Part shown: positions 20,130 to 30,381 of the stretch, in pieces
How the letters are laid out: every line of letters begins with the position of its first letter
Numbering within the stretch: position 1 is the first letter of the stretch
Assembly (NCBI GenBank): GCA_018816245.1
Contig: JAHIVW010000003.1
Coordinates: forward strand, 45,195 to 109,194
Reading direction: 5' to 3'
Length of the DNA: 64,000 bases
From: Nanobdellota archaeon
GTDB lineage: Archaea > Aenigmatarchaeota > Aenigmatarchaeia > QMZP01
The notes under the pieces: model-generated
Databases searched by the model: none
What the model was told of the DNA's origin: nothing
What the model saw: only the letters and a program-made list of their open reading frames with translations
Translations under genes and position numbers: made by a program

Positions 20130-20464
20130 TGCTCATGAAAAAGAAACATTTGTTTTTGGTCTCGATTGTTGTGCTTTCGCTTTTTGCGCTACCAGCGTGG
20201 GGGGCAACACAGGGGAATGTTGTCTATAACCCGAACTTTTTCCCCGTTTCCTGTGCTGAGGTTGGTGATCCGGTGAAAGGATGCAACCTTGCTTCGTTCA
20301 CCGGCGTCATTGCTGGTAACGATCATCCGGGTATTGGAAACAACGTCACGGAGATTGCAGGGCGCCTGATCAATAAGACCGGTGGCCCTCATCCAGGAGG
20401 CTACATAACAGATGACCTGATCGATGCGTATGCTGAAATTCTCAATGACGTAGGAGGCCCGTAA
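20129..20464 (+). CDS. Hypothetical secreted protein
   Basis: Basic-hydrophobic signal peptide (MKKKHLFLVSIVVLSLFALPAWG). Confidence 0.6.
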   Translation: MLMKKKHLFLVSIVVLSLFALPAWGATQGNVVYNPNFFPVSCAEVGDPVKGCNLASFTGVIAGNDHPGIGNNVTEIAGRLINKTGGPHPGGYITDDLIDAYAEILNDVGGP

Positions 20465-20465
20465 C

Positions 20466-21050
20466 ATGGAACCGTATCAGCGAACGATCATCGGCGTCTT
20501 GGTTGGGTGCCTCTTTCTCCTCTTTCTCGCAACAACAACCCATGCGCAGGCATCGTCGGATCACGTTCGGGTTCTCCGAATTGGAATCATTGATGGGTCG
20601 AATTGGGTTTTGACGCCGAGCGTGACTGATATAAACAAAGGAAAGCTCCAGGGGAAACACTATAAGGGCGTATACCCAACCCTGAAGAACATCACCGATG
20701 CGCTCGCGGAAAACGGGTCTGTCATCATCACAATCTATAATGAAACAACAAACCTTTCCCACGTTGTTACGATTATCAATGTCACCCTCACTGGTAATGA
20801 AATAACAACACCAGGAGGCAATTTTACCTGGTATAACGTCACCATCTGGGACCCGACCTATAATACAACAGAAACAACCGTCTTCCAAAAAAATGAAAAC
20901 AGTACGTTGCTGTGGATCTACGGTGACTGGGAATGGATTGTTGACATGGTCGCCTTCTTCGAAGTGAGCGTTCCTGCACCGCCACCGGTGCGGCACGCGA
21001 CCACAAGCGTGGTAACAAATCCCATCCTGGTGACGCGGAAAGGCGGCTAA
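20466..21050 (+). CDS. Hypothetical secreted glycoprotein
   Basis: Signal peptide; nine N-x-S/T sequons. Confidence 0.65.
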   Translation: MEPYQRTIIGVLVGCLFLLFLATTTHAQASSDHVRVLRIGIIDGSNWVLTPSVTDINKGKLQGKHYKGVYPTLKNITDALAENGSVIITIYNETTNLSHVVTIINVTLTGNEITTPGGNFTWYNVTIWDPTYNTTETTVFQKNENSTLLWIYGDWEWIVDMVAFFEVSVPAPPPVRHATTSVVTNPILVTRKGG

Positions 21051-21883
21051 CCAAAGAACAAGAGGCTCCCGAACAGGACAGTCACGAGAACGGTCACGGC
21101 AAACACCGGGGCAAACCGCACTCCCTCTTTGACGAGAATCGTGCCACCCCGCTTCTTTAATTTTTGGATTTCCTTTTTGTTGAGCACACGCCACCGGCCA
21201 CTGGCAGGCACATCCCCTTCGCGGAGCTTGGCCACAGGAATCCGCCGGTGGAACATGTACTTTTCAATAAAGCGGCCGTACTGGACGAACAAGAGGATGC
21301 CAATCAGGAAGAATGGAAAGATGATCACGAGTTCATAGAACCGCGGCGGGACAGCAACCGTTGTTGCGACAGAAACCGCAAGGACCACTGTTGCAACCGT
21401 GAAGACAATCACAATCTGCGCAATTCCTTTTGCCTCTGTGCAGAGTTGTTTCTTGAACTTTGGCAAGAGCTTCCGGTTCTTCAACCCGAGGACAAGTGAG
21501 TACGTGAGCAAATACAGGACCGCCAAAATAAAGAAGTTGAAGAGCAGGATGATTGGGAACGGGATAGTACCACTGATCCCGAGGCCAGCTGCATCAGGGA
21601 AGAGGAATCCCAATGCACCGAGGAGCCAGGCATCACCGTCGCCCCACTGCTTGGTGTAGTAGAGGCCCAACCCAGCGCCGAGGAACGCGAGGCCGACGAT
21701 CACTGAATTGAGCAGGAAGGACCAGTCCGCGGTGAACCAGGAATAGCCGCCGCGGATCGCGAGTGCACTGATAATAACAGAATAGGGAAGCCAGTCTGGA
21801 AACTCAGTTGTGGTCAGGTCCTTGTAGCCTGCGGCCCCGAAGCCGACGATGCCGACTGCTGCCAGCAGCCACGGAAGAACCAT
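21047..21883 (-). CDS. Prepilin peptidase (A24 family)
   Basis: YKDL...E.PD, WGDGDAWL (GxGD), C-terminal EGVRFAP. Confidence 0.88.
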   Translation of the reverse strand: MVLPWLLAAVGIVGFGAAGYKDLTTTEFPDWLPYSVIISALAIRGGYSWFTADWSFLLNSVIVGLAFLGAGLGLYYTKQWGDGDAWLLGALGFLFPDAAGLGISGTIPFPIILLFNFFILAVLYLLTYSLVLGLKNRKLLPKFKKQLCTEAKGIAQIVIVFTVATVVLAVSVATTVAVPPRFYELVIIFPFFLIGILLFVQYGRFIEKYMFHRRIPVAKLREGDVPASGRWRVLNKKEIQKLKKRGGTILVKEGVRFAPVFAVTVLVTVLFGSLLFFG

Positions 21884-21949
21884 GGAGTTCTATTCGGTCC
21901 TGGGAGCATAAAAAGGAGCTTAAGATACCCCCAAACCAAATGATACTGT

Positions 21950-24082
21950 ATGGGGAAACCGAAGCGGAAACTCCCGCCGCCATCCGAGGTGATGAAGCGG
22001 TACGGGGTCCGCAAGGAACTTGTTCAAGCAGCGTACCAGCGTGCCCATCCCAAGCGGTATCCGAAGCCAACGGTCAGAAAATATTACCAGCCACCGTCAC
22101 TTGAAAGCCGCGAATATCAACTGTTCAAGAAGCGTCGCGAGCATCCGCGCAACTGGTACGAGCACGTGGTGAACCGCTTTGGCAATGTCATCACCATGAC
22201 CCCGGAGAAAGGGGCGCTCAAGCGGATGCGTGCTGATATTACCTTCACGGAATTGCGTGTCACCCCAGACCAGGTCATGGGTTCCATGATCCTGATGTCA
22301 CTTCTCTTCCTGATTTTTGGCGGTACATGTATTGCTCTGGGAATTTTACCCATTCTTCCCGGGATTGTGGCGACCATTGCCGGGTTCCCGCTCGGGTTTT
22401 ACCTCTACAAGTACCCGGGCATGCGCGTGAAAGCAATGCGGATTCAGGCGAGTTCGCAGGTCGTGCTCGCGATCCTGTACATGGTCGTGTCCATGCGGAT
22501 TTCACTGAATCTGGAACGCGCGTTCCGGTTTGCGGCCGCGAATATTTCTGGTGCCCTTGCGGTGGACATGCGGCGGCTGATCTGGGACATCGAACTTGGA
22601 AGGTACCACTCCGCACGGCAAGCCTTAGACACCTACGTCGAGAAGTGGAAGAGCGAGAATGAGGAGTTCTCCGAATCCCTGCGCCTCATTAAGAATGCCG
22701 AGGAGCAGACGGTTGAGAAATCGCAGCTGCTGCTTGACCAGGCACTGGAGAGCATCTTGGAGGGGACCAAGACGCGCATGAAACACTATGCGCAGGACAT
22801 GCGCATGCCGGTCATGGTCATCCACATGATGGGGATTGTACTCCCGATTTTGGGGTCGATTATGGCGCCGCTTGCGGCAGTGTTCTTGTCCGACCTGGTG
22901 ACGCCGTGGCACTTCGTGCTCGGGTACGACATTGTTCTGCCAATCATGCTGGTGTGGTTCATTGCGAACACCTTGAACAAGCGGCCGGTCACATTCTCAC
23001 AGGTTGATATCTCGGATCATCCATCGTTACCGAAACCAGGATCATTCCGAGTGAAGGGGAAGGACGTTCCCGCGTCCCTGATTGCCATCGTGGCTGCAGC
23101 GGCGTTGATCGTGCCGTCAGTCTGGTACTTTGTCACCAATCCGGAGATCTTCTTCCAAGGTGTTGCGGATCGAGAATTCACCATGACCTCGATCATCATG
23201 TCCGGCCTGATGATTCTCGGGATCGCTGTTGGGATTTCCGTGTACAGTATCTTGTCGACCTTCCAGCGCGTTCGATTGAAAGATAATATTGAAAAGACAG
23301 AAAGCCAGTTCGAGTTGGCTCTGTTTCAGCTTGGCCACCGGGTGTCCGGCGGGACACCAATCGAGGTCGCGGTCGAGAAGGCACTTGACGATGTCAAGGA
23401 TCTGGAGATTTCGAAGTTCTTCAAGATCACCTTGCGAAACATCCGGACGCTGGGGATGACCTTTGAGCAGGCAATCTTTGACAAGCAGTACGGGACTCTT
23501 CGCTTTTATCCGTCGCGCTTGTTGCGGAACGTGATGTACACAGTGACCGATACCGCACGGAAGGGCGTGCAGTACGCGTCTGAATCTGCGCTGCGAATCA
23601 GCCGCTACCTGAAGAACATCCGGGAGACGCAGGAGTACATCCGGGATTTGCTCGAGGAAACATCGTCGAGCATGAAGTTCCAAGCGTACTTCCTGACGCC
23701 GTTGATTACTGGGCTAATCGTCTCGATTGCGGACGTGATTGTGAAGGTGCTGGTGCAGCTGGGCGCGTATCTTGATACCATCGGCTTGAATGATGAGGCA
23801 GGCTTCGGGAATGTCTCGGGTATCTTCGGAAACCTGGAAACCTCGGTGTCGCCGGAGATCTTCCAGTTGATTGTAGGGATCTACTTGATTGAAGTGGTCA
23901 TGATTCTCGGATACTTCCTGACGAAGATTTCTCGCGGAGACGATTCCGTCAATCAGTGGTACCTCACGGGGAAGATGCTGCTGCTGTCGGTGATTATTTA
24001 CTTCATCGTCGCGGTTGCGGCGAGCATGGTGTTCGGGGACTTGATCCGGTCAGCACTTGCTGGCTTGGGTGTTGGGTTGTAA
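21950..24082 (+). CDS. Type IV pilus/T2SS membrane platform protein (TadC/ArlJ-like, duplicated T2SSF)
   Basis: Two T2SSF-like halves (NLERA.RFAA; G.P.E.A), multiple TMs, divergent from the prepilin peptidase. Confidence 0.8.
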   Translation: MGKPKRKLPPPSEVMKRYGVRKELVQAAYQRAHPKRYPKPTVRKYYQPPSLESREYQLFKKRREHPRNWYEHVVNRFGNVITMTPEKGALKRMRADITFTELRVTPDQVMGSMILMSLLFLIFGGTCIALGILPILPGIVATIAGFPLGFYLYKYPGMRVKAMRIQASSQVVLAILYMVVSMRISLNLERAFRFAAANISGALAVDMRRLIWDIELGRYHSARQALDTYVEKWKSENEEFSESLRLIKNAEEQTVEKSQLLLDQALESILEGTKTRMKHYAQDMRMPVMVIHMMGIVLPILGSIMAPLAAVFLSDLVTPWHFVLGYDIVLPIMLVWFIANTLNKRPVTFSQVDISDHPSLPKPGSFRVKGKDVPASLIAIVAAAALIVPSVWYFVTNPEIFFQGVADREFTMTSIIMSGLMILGIAVGISVYSILSTFQRVRLKDNIEKTESQFELALFQLGHRVSGGTPIEVAVEKALDDVKDLEISKFFKITLRNIRTLGMTFEQAIFDKQYGTLRFYPSRLLRNVMYTVTDTARKGVQYASESALRISRYLKNIRETQEYIRDLLEETSSSMKFQAYFLTPLITGLIVSIADVIVKVLVQLGAYLDTIGLNDEAGFGNVSGIFGNLETSVSPEIFQLIVGIYLIEVVMILGYFLTKISRGDDSVNQWYLTGKMLLLSVIIYFIVAVAASMVFGDLIRSALAGLGVGL

Positions 24083-24106
24083 CGTTCCGGAAATGATTCA
24101 ATTTAA

Positions 24107-25114
24107 TCAGAATCGTTCCCGATACGGACAATACCCGTCAAACGTTCCCGGATTGTGGATCGGAAACCGCTCAAGAATCTTCTTCCGCAACGCGGTAATA
24201 GTCTCTGTTTTTGCATTCCCTATAATGGTTTCGTTCCCCACACATGGGGCTACCCTTCCGTCACCGTAAATACACATGAACTCGAGACACCGACACGTAA
24301 GAAAATTGTTCATTACGTCATGTTTGAAGCCATATTCTTCATCGACCTTTCGTATTATATCCCGGACCTGCTGCTTTTCTCCCTTTGAGAGTGAGAGGGA
24401 GATATCAAAAGAAGGTTTATTGCTTCTCCCTGCTGGAATATAGAAGGTGAACATAATCCACAGGTTGTGTTCTCGACAATACCGCAAGGTTTTCTCGACT
24501 TCGGTAACGTTTTTCTTGCAGACAACCATATCGAACCCAAGGCGTGTTGTCCCATCGGGTGTTGTTTTTGCGAACCCTTCCTCGATGAGGAGGTCAAGCG
24601 CTTCCTTCCTCTGGTCGAAATAGTGTCCTGTCGTATCACCCACAACCCAGTTTTGGAATTCCTTGTTCCACAGACTGTCGCATTTGAGACAGACGCTTGC
24701 ACCAGACTGGTAGAGTCGTTTCACGAACGCTTTCTCTCTCAGCTTTGTCGCACCATCGGTAAACACAACGGGCTGGATCCCCTTTGCTGCCGTGTATTCG
24801 ATAATATCGAAGAAATCCTTGTCGAGGGTTGGTTCCCCTTCCCCGAGAAAATCGATGGTCTTGGTTCTCAGGTCAGCTAACTGATCGATGATACTCTTTA
24901 TCTCTTCCAAGGTCAGCGTTTTCTTGAGTTTGTCGGTAAAGCAATGAAAACAATTCCATTGACAGGCATGCGTCATTGCCCGGAAATCAACGACCGAGAG
25001 GGCGTCGGGGTTCTTGACGTGTTCCTCTGGAATATTCCACCCTTTGATAATCGCACCGATTCCGATCGGGACATGGCCAAGACCACTGTAGCGTTCCTTT
25101 GAATATCCTTCCAT
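24107..25114 (-). CDS. Radical SAM protein with SPASM/twitch-like C-terminus
   Basis: CQWNCFHC, GEGEPTL, C...DGRVAPC...GN. Confidence 0.88.
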   Translation of the reverse strand: MEGYSKERYSGLGHVPIGIGAIIKGWNIPEEHVKNPDALSVVDFRAMTHACQWNCFHCFTDKLKKTLTLEEIKSIIDQLADLRTKTIDFLGEGEPTLDKDFFDIIEYTAAKGIQPVVFTDGATKLREKAFVKRLYQSGASVCLKCDSLWNKEFQNWVVGDTTGHYFDQRKEALDLLIEEGFAKTTPDGTTRLGFDMVVCKKNVTEVEKTLRYCREHNLWIMFTFYIPAGRSNKPSFDISLSLSKGEKQQVRDIIRKVDEEYGFKHDVMNNFLTCRCLEFMCIYGDGRVAPCVGNETIIGNAKTETITALRKKILERFPIHNPGTFDGYCPYRERF

Positions 25115-25115
25115 A

Positions 25116-25817
25116 CTACCACTGCTCATGCTGTATTTGCTTTGCAGTCACTCCAAGGTCCTGCAACATCTCCTTGAATGCGGTCACCAGTTCAGGAGAG
25201 CCGCACAGGAAGAACAGTGCCTTTGTTGGATCAGAGACGACCTCCATAATCCTCTCTTTAGTGATGCGTCCTGTTGCCCCGTTCCATGGTGCTTCATCAA
25301 GTCGCGTGATCGTCTGATAGTACGTCACGTTCTGGTGATTCTGATCGAGTGTTTCAAGTTCTGCACGGTAGATAATGTCCTGTGGTCTCCTGACGGTATA
25401 CAGAAGGACCAGCTGCTTGGGAAGCTGTTGCTGCAACGCGTACTGTAGCATGCACCGCAGCGGCGCAATTCCCGTTCCTCCACCAATGAATACAAGGATG
25501 TCTGCTTTGTCAGAAAACGTGAAGTTTCCAAAGGGCCCGGCTGCCTCAAGCTCGTCACCCTCTTTGATGTTATACAACCGGGAGCTCATTCTCCCTCCGG
25601 GAACGAGGTTGAAGGTAATCTGAAAGGTTCCTTGTTCGTTCGGCACGCTTGCAATCGAGTACGCTCGCTTTGCTGTCTGATCGGGATCACCGGGAAGCCG
25701 GATCATCACAAACTGACCGGGAACAAAGGAGAACACACCGGGATACTTGAGCGTGAACGTTTTCGTGTCCGGTGTCTCCTGCACGATCGTCAGTACCTTG
25801 ACGCGAACGAACTTCAT
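25116..25817 (-). CDS. Ferredoxin-NADP reductase-like FAD oxidoreductase
   Basis: F.PGQF, RAYSIAS, GGTGIAP, LCG, terminal E.W. Confidence 0.9.
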   Translation of the reverse strand: MKFVRVKVLTIVQETPDTKTFTLKYPGVFSFVPGQFVMIRLPGDPDQTAKRAYSIASVPNEQGTFQITFNLVPGGRMSSRLYNIKEGDELEAAGPFGNFTFSDKADILVFIGGGTGIAPLRCMLQYALQQQLPKQLVLLYTVRRPQDIIYRAELETLDQNHQNVTYYQTITRLDEAPWNGATGRITKERIMEVVSDPTKALFFLCGSPELVTAFKEMLQDLGVTAKQIQHEQW

Positions 25818-25879
25818 ACCACAGAGGTTTGTTCCAATGTATTTAAAGCTAGACAAAAAGCTCTGATGGGGGGAATGGT

Positions 25880-26365
25880 GTGAAGCAACCAACAATTCAT
25901 CCATCGGCATTCGTGGCACCGAATGCAACAGTTCTCGGAGATGTACAAATCGGCGCGCGCTCGAGCGTCTGGTTTGGCGCCGTGATCCGCGGGGATGAAG
26001 CGCCGATCCGCATTGGAGACGAAACAAGTGTTCAAGACAATTGCACCTTTCATGGTGATCAGGGAAAAGGAACAACGGTCGGCAACCGCGTCACGGTTGG
26101 TCACAATGCTGTGGTGCATGCGGCAACGGTTGGCGATGATTGCATCATTGGCATGGGGGCAATCATTCTCAGTGGTGCAACCGTCGGAAAGAACTGTATT
26201 GTTGGCGCGGGCGCAGTGATCAAGGAGAACGACACAATTCCGGACAATAGTCTGGTGCTCGGCATTCCTGCAACGGTCGTGCGGCAGCTCACGGACAAAG
26301 AACGCGAGCGCATCAAGCAGAATGCACATGTGTATGTGGATCTTGCACAAACATACTCAGTGTGA
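25880..26365 (+). CDS. Gamma-carbonic anhydrase family protein
   Basis: Hexapeptide repeats, AVIRGD, QDNC..H, TVGH.A.VH. Confidence 0.9.
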   Translation: MKQPTIHPSAFVAPNATVLGDVQIGARSSVWFGAVIRGDEAPIRIGDETSVQDNCTFHGDQGKGTTVGNRVTVGHNAVVHAATVGDDCIIGMGAIILSGATVGKNCIVGAGAVIKENDTIPDNSLVLGIPATVVRQLTDKERERIKQNAHVYVDLAQTYSV

Positions 26366-26770
26366 CTGCAGGAACTCGTTTGCTTTCTTCAAGATATTCT
26401 TGGCATTGTCGTAGGTGACTTGTCTGACTGCTTGCTCGAAGGGGAGCCACATAAAGTTCTTGTGTTCCTTGGAGAGGGTGACAACCTCTTCGTCTGTTGT
26501 TGCGAGGAAGAAGTAGACGTCCTTCACGATCTTCTCCTTGTTGTGGTAGAAGAAGTAGCGGATGTGCTCGCGGAAGCCAGGGAGAATCACTGCTGCAGTA
26601 ATTCCGGTTTCTTCTTCCAGTTCTCGGAGTGCGGTTTGGGTTTCACGCTCGTTTGATTCGATCTTCCCTTTGGGGTTGTCCCAGTGATTGGCCTTGGCAT
26701 GCTGGAGTAAGAGGAAGGTGTGATCAGCAGGACGGTAGACCACGAGGCCGCAGGATTTCTGGTGCTGCAT
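26357..26770 (-). CDS. NUDIX hydrolase (Ap4A hydrolase-like)
   Basis: KSCG, HWD.PKG.....E....TALRELEEETG. Confidence 0.9.
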   Translation of the reverse strand: MQHQKSCGLVVYRPADHTFLLLQHAKANHWDNPKGKIESNERETQTALRELEEETGITAAVILPGFREHIRYFFYHNKEKIVKDVYFFLATTDEEVVTLSKEHKNFMWLPFEQAVRQVTYDNAKNILKKANEFLQSH

Positions 26771-26831
26771 GGGTTCCCTTTTTGACAGAGCTTTATGAAT
26801 GTTTTTAATCCTCGCAAAAGAAAGAGAGGGT

Positions 26832-27929
26832 ATGGATTCGCAGCAGCGGCTGGAGCTCATTCTGGGCGTGGGAGAAGAGGTCATTACGAAGGACGAGCTG
26901 AAGCGCCTTCTTGAGACAACACCCCATCCCGTTGCCTATGATGGCTTTGAACCATCAGGGCTGGCCCACCTGGCATTCGGTATCTTTCGGCCATTGCTCC
27001 TGAAGGACATGCTCAAGGCAGGCGTGACCTTCAGACTGCTGCTCGCGGATTGGCATGGCTGGATCAACAACAAAATGGGAAGCGATCTGGATGCGATCAA
27101 GCAGACTGGGGAGTACTTCCTGGAGGTATGGAAGGCCGCGGGCGTGGACCTCGGAAAAGTGAAACCTACCTGGGCAAGTGAGCTGGTTGCAGATCCGGCC
27201 TACTGGAAACAGGTTGTGACGGTTGCGAAGAACACCTCGGTGCAGCGGGCGACGCGGTGTCTGAGTATTATGGGCAGGAAGCAGGGGGAACTATTGGAAG
27301 CAGCGCAGTACTTCTATCCAGCGATGCAGGTTGCTGACATTTTCGAGCTTGACGTGGACATTTGTCAGCTGGGGCTGGACCAGCGGCGAGCGAACATTTT
27401 GTCACGGGAGATCGCAGACAAACTCAAGCGGAAAAAGCCAGTGCTGGTGCACCACCACATGCTTGCGGGATTGCAGGGGGATGTGCACCTGGACAAGGCA
27501 CAGGTATTTGATGAAAACAAAAAATGGGACACAGAAATTGCGAGCAAGATGAGCAAGTCGAAGCCGCAGTCTGCCATTTTTGTGCATGATTCGTTTTCAG
27601 AAATCAAGAAGAAGGTGAACCAGGCGTACTGCGCCCCGAAGCAGGTGCAGAATAATCCATTGCTCGATTACACAAAGCATATCCTGTTTCGTTCATTTTC
27701 AGAAATTATGGTTGACCGGCCGGCGAAATTCGGCGGCGCAGTGACGTACGGGTCGTTCCAGGAGCTCGAGCAAGCGTTCTCGAAAGGAGACCTCCACCCA
27801 CTTGATTTGAAAACCACGGTTGCTGTGCATCTGGACAAATTGATTGCGCCGATCCGAACGCATTTCGAGAAGAACGCAAAAGCAAAAAAACTGTACACAT
27901 TCGTTGCATCACAGAAGGTGACAAGGTAA
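26832..27929 (+). CDS. tyrS: Tyrosyl-tRNA synthetase
   Basis: AYDGFEPSG, YPAMQ.ADI, G.DQR, KMSKS. Confidence 0.93.
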   Translation: MDSQQRLELILGVGEEVITKDELKRLLETTPHPVAYDGFEPSGLAHLAFGIFRPLLLKDMLKAGVTFRLLLADWHGWINNKMGSDLDAIKQTGEYFLEVWKAAGVDLGKVKPTWASELVADPAYWKQVVTVAKNTSVQRATRCLSIMGRKQGELLEAAQYFYPAMQVADIFELDVDICQLGLDQRRANILSREIADKLKRKKPVLVHHHMLAGLQGDVHLDKAQVFDENKKWDTEIASKMSKSKPQSAIFVHDSFSEIKKKVNQAYCAPKQVQNNPLLDYTKHILFRSFSEIMVDRPAKFGGAVTYGSFQELEQAFSKGDLHPLDLKTTVAVHLDKLIAPIRTHFEKNAKAKKLYTFVASQKVTR

Positions 27930-28247
27930 ATGCAGCTCGAGCAGCTCCACCAACATAAACGGCGGAAAAAACAGAAGCGCCGTTCCTGGCGGGTTGAGTT
28001 CCTCGACAACCTTGTGCTCATCGTTGCTGTTGTCTACCCGTTGAGCACGATCCCGCAGATCCTCGACATCTGGGTCGGCAAGAACGTTGCCGGGGTGTCG
28101 CTGCTGACGTGGACCTTGTTCCTGTTTCTGCAGTCGATTCTGTTACTCTACGGACTTGCGCACAAAGACAAAAAACTGACGGTAATGTGGGGACTCTGGG
28201 TGCTGATGTATTTCCTTGTTGTCGTCGGGCTGGTCTTGTTTAGGTAG
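27930..28247 (+). CDS. PQ-loop/SemiSWEET family small transporter
   Basis: TIPQ motif, K...GVS..TW, three TMs. Confidence 0.75.
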   Translation: MQLEQLHQHKRRKKQKRRSWRVEFLDNLVLIVAVVYPLSTIPQILDIWVGKNVAGVSLLTWTLFLFLQSILLLYGLAHKDKKLTVMWGLWVLMYFLVVVGLVLFR

Positions 28248-29370
28248 TGGCCCACATCTTCTTCGCGAGCTTGCCGTCGTACATGTACTTCTTGACAAGC
28301 GACTTTGTTTTTGCCTTCGCTTTTCTGTGTTGCGCTAAGAACGCGTTCAGGTTTTTAATTAAGTGATCTTTCATCTCGCCGGTTGACACGGTTCCTTTCT
28401 TGTATCCTGTTCCAAGGTTATTCACCTTCGCGTCATCTGGCTCGAATAGAATGGACAGCCATTGAAATGCGACGTCCACATCAGGGTTCCCGCCTTTCGT
28501 CCGGTGTTCTTCAAGCGATCCTGCACCACCGGAGAACGCGTACTTGTAGATCTTCTTCTTCACCGTCTTCTCGTCGTCGGCCAGGTAGATCGCGGTTTTC
28601 TCTTCAGACGAAGACATCTTCCCGTCAGTTCCGGTCAAAGGTGGCAAGAGTTTGCTGTGGATGGCCGCGGTTTTCAGGTAGCCAAGGTCTTCTGCAATGT
28701 CGCGCTGGATGCGCCAGTACGGGTCCTGGTCAATGGCCGCGGGAATCAGACACCGCTTCTTCTCGAAAAAGGTCGGGATTGTTTGGTACGCTGGATAGAA
28801 AATCATGCCGAGGTTTGTCTCGTTTGTAAAGCCGAAGACGGCTTTCGCGGTTGAGAACGTAATCTTGCGGGCAGCTTCCAGGATTTTGGGGTAGACGTGT
28901 CGGATGTACTCACTGTCTTTGAAGATGAACGTCTTGTCCGGATCAAAGCCGAGCGCTGCAATGTCCAGGATGTCCGCATCAGCTTGCTGCTGGATGTCCT
29001 TCCATGAGCGTTCCCGTTTCTGCAGGAACTTTTCGTCGTCCGTGATTTCAATGTAGAGGTTGACGCCGAACACGTCCTGCAGCCATTTGCAGGTCAGGAA
29101 GGGAATGAGATGGCCAAGGTGCATGGCACCGGACGGACCGCGGCCAGTGTACAGGAAGAATCCTTTCTTTGCTTCGATATCCTTCAGGAGCAGGTCCAGA
29201 TCGCGATGGGAGTAGAAGAAGCCGCGGCGGAGGAGCGGATGGAGCTCGGTCTTGGCTGCCTTCTGGAGGCGGGCGCGCAGGCTGTCGGTGATAGGCTTGG
29301 TGCCGAACTTCTTGATCAATTCAGAATAATCTATTTTCCCTGAGACTTCCCAGGGGGTGACAGAGTACAT
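28240..29370 (-). CDS. trpS: Tryptophanyl-tRNA synthetase
   Basis: VTPWEV, YTGRGPS..MHLGH, IDQDPY, KMSSS. Confidence 0.95.
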   Translation of the reverse strand: MYSVTPWEVSGKIDYSELIKKFGTKPITDSLRARLQKAAKTELHPLLRRGFFYSHRDLDLLLKDIEAKKGFFLYTGRGPSGAMHLGHLIPFLTCKWLQDVFGVNLYIEITDDEKFLQKRERSWKDIQQQADADILDIAALGFDPDKTFIFKDSEYIRHVYPKILEAARKITFSTAKAVFGFTNETNLGMIFYPAYQTIPTFFEKKRCLIPAAIDQDPYWRIQRDIAEDLGYLKTAAIHSKLLPPLTGTDGKMSSSEEKTAIYLADDEKTVKKKIYKYAFSGGAGSLEEHRTKGGNPDVDVAFQWLSILFEPDDAKVNNLGTGYKKGTVSTGEMKDHLIKNLNAFLAQHRKAKAKTKSLVKKYMYDGKLAKKMWATT

Positions 29371-29461
29371 ATCCCTTTTCTTAGGAGAAAGAGGCTATTA
29401 ATGGCCAGCGTATAAGAATGTTATACTTCATGTTATTTAGGCAGCAAACGAAAGTGATGCT

Positions 29462-29932
29462 ATGCCTGCCCGGAAGGTTCGAAAAGCTGCTCCCAAGAAG
29501 AACCCTGTTCGGCGAAGCGCGATCACGAAACAGGACATCGCAATCACCCCCTTGCTTCATAATCCCCGGATCATCAAAGGGACCGTGAAGAAGGGACTGG
29601 GAGAAGGAGCCCGTTACGTTGCTGCGTACAAGAGCGTGCTGAAGCGCAAGCTCGGCTTCGAGCCCTACATCGGCACGCTTAACATTCACATGAAGGGAAA
29701 GCAAGACCTCCGCTTCTTCGACGATCCGATCATGGTTCCTGCGCCGAAAAAAGGCCTCTGCCAGGTCGCGTGCTATCCCATTGCAATCAACTACACCCTC
29801 GAGGGGGCTGTGGTCATCCCCAAGAAGACCAGGAACCCCAAATCAGTCATTGAAATACTTGCACCCGTAAATCTCCGTGAGACCCTCGGTCTGAAGGATG
29901 GAGATGACGTGGTATGCCTACGATTGGTATAG
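29462..29932 (+). CDS. ribK: CTP-dependent riboflavin kinase
   Basis: G.V..GLGEG..Y, LGF.PY.GTLN, EILAP.NLR..L.LKDGD. Confidence 0.88.
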   Translation: MPARKVRKAAPKKNPVRRSAITKQDIAITPLLHNPRIIKGTVKKGLGEGARYVAAYKSVLKRKLGFEPYIGTLNIHMKGKQDLRFFDDPIMVPAPKKGLCQVACYPIAINYTLEGAVVIPKKTRNPKSVIEILAPVNLRETLGLKDGDDVVCLRLV

Positions 29933-30381
29933 CAGACACGACCTTTGCGCGTGTTGACATGGCAGCAGACGCGATCGCTGCGATTAAGGAAGCAGATGCA
30001 TCTCTCACGATCGAACGGTACACGGTTCCTGGGTTCAAGGATCTTCCGGTTGCAGCAAAGCTGTTGCTTGAGAAGTACAAGTGTGACATTGTGTTAGCCC
30101 TTGGATGGGTTGGTGGTGCTCCTGTTGATGAAGTGTGTGCGCACGAAGCATCACAAGGATTGATCCAGGTGCAGTTGCTGACAAACAAGCATGTGCTTGG
30201 TGCGTTTCTTCACACATCAGAGGCACCGAACGACGAGAAGAAGCTTGTTTCTATCGCCCGTGACCGCGCGCGGAAGCATGCGTTGAACTGCGTTGCGCTG
30301 CTGAAAGGGAAGACCGAACTGACCCCGAATGCAGGCAAGGGAGTGCGGCAGGGAAATGACAACGAAGGAGCACTTACATGA
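29914..30381 (+). CDS. ribC: Archaeal riboflavin synthase
   Basis: IGIADTTFARVDM, TVPG.KDLPVA, CAHEAS.G. Confidence 0.92.
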   Translation: MPTIGIADTTFARVDMAADAIAAIKEADASLTIERYTVPGFKDLPVAAKLLLEKYKCDIVLALGWVGGAPVDEVCAHEASQGLIQVQLLTNKHVLGAFLHTSEAPNDEKKLVSIARDRARKHALNCVALLKGKTELTPNAGKGVRQGNDNEGALT

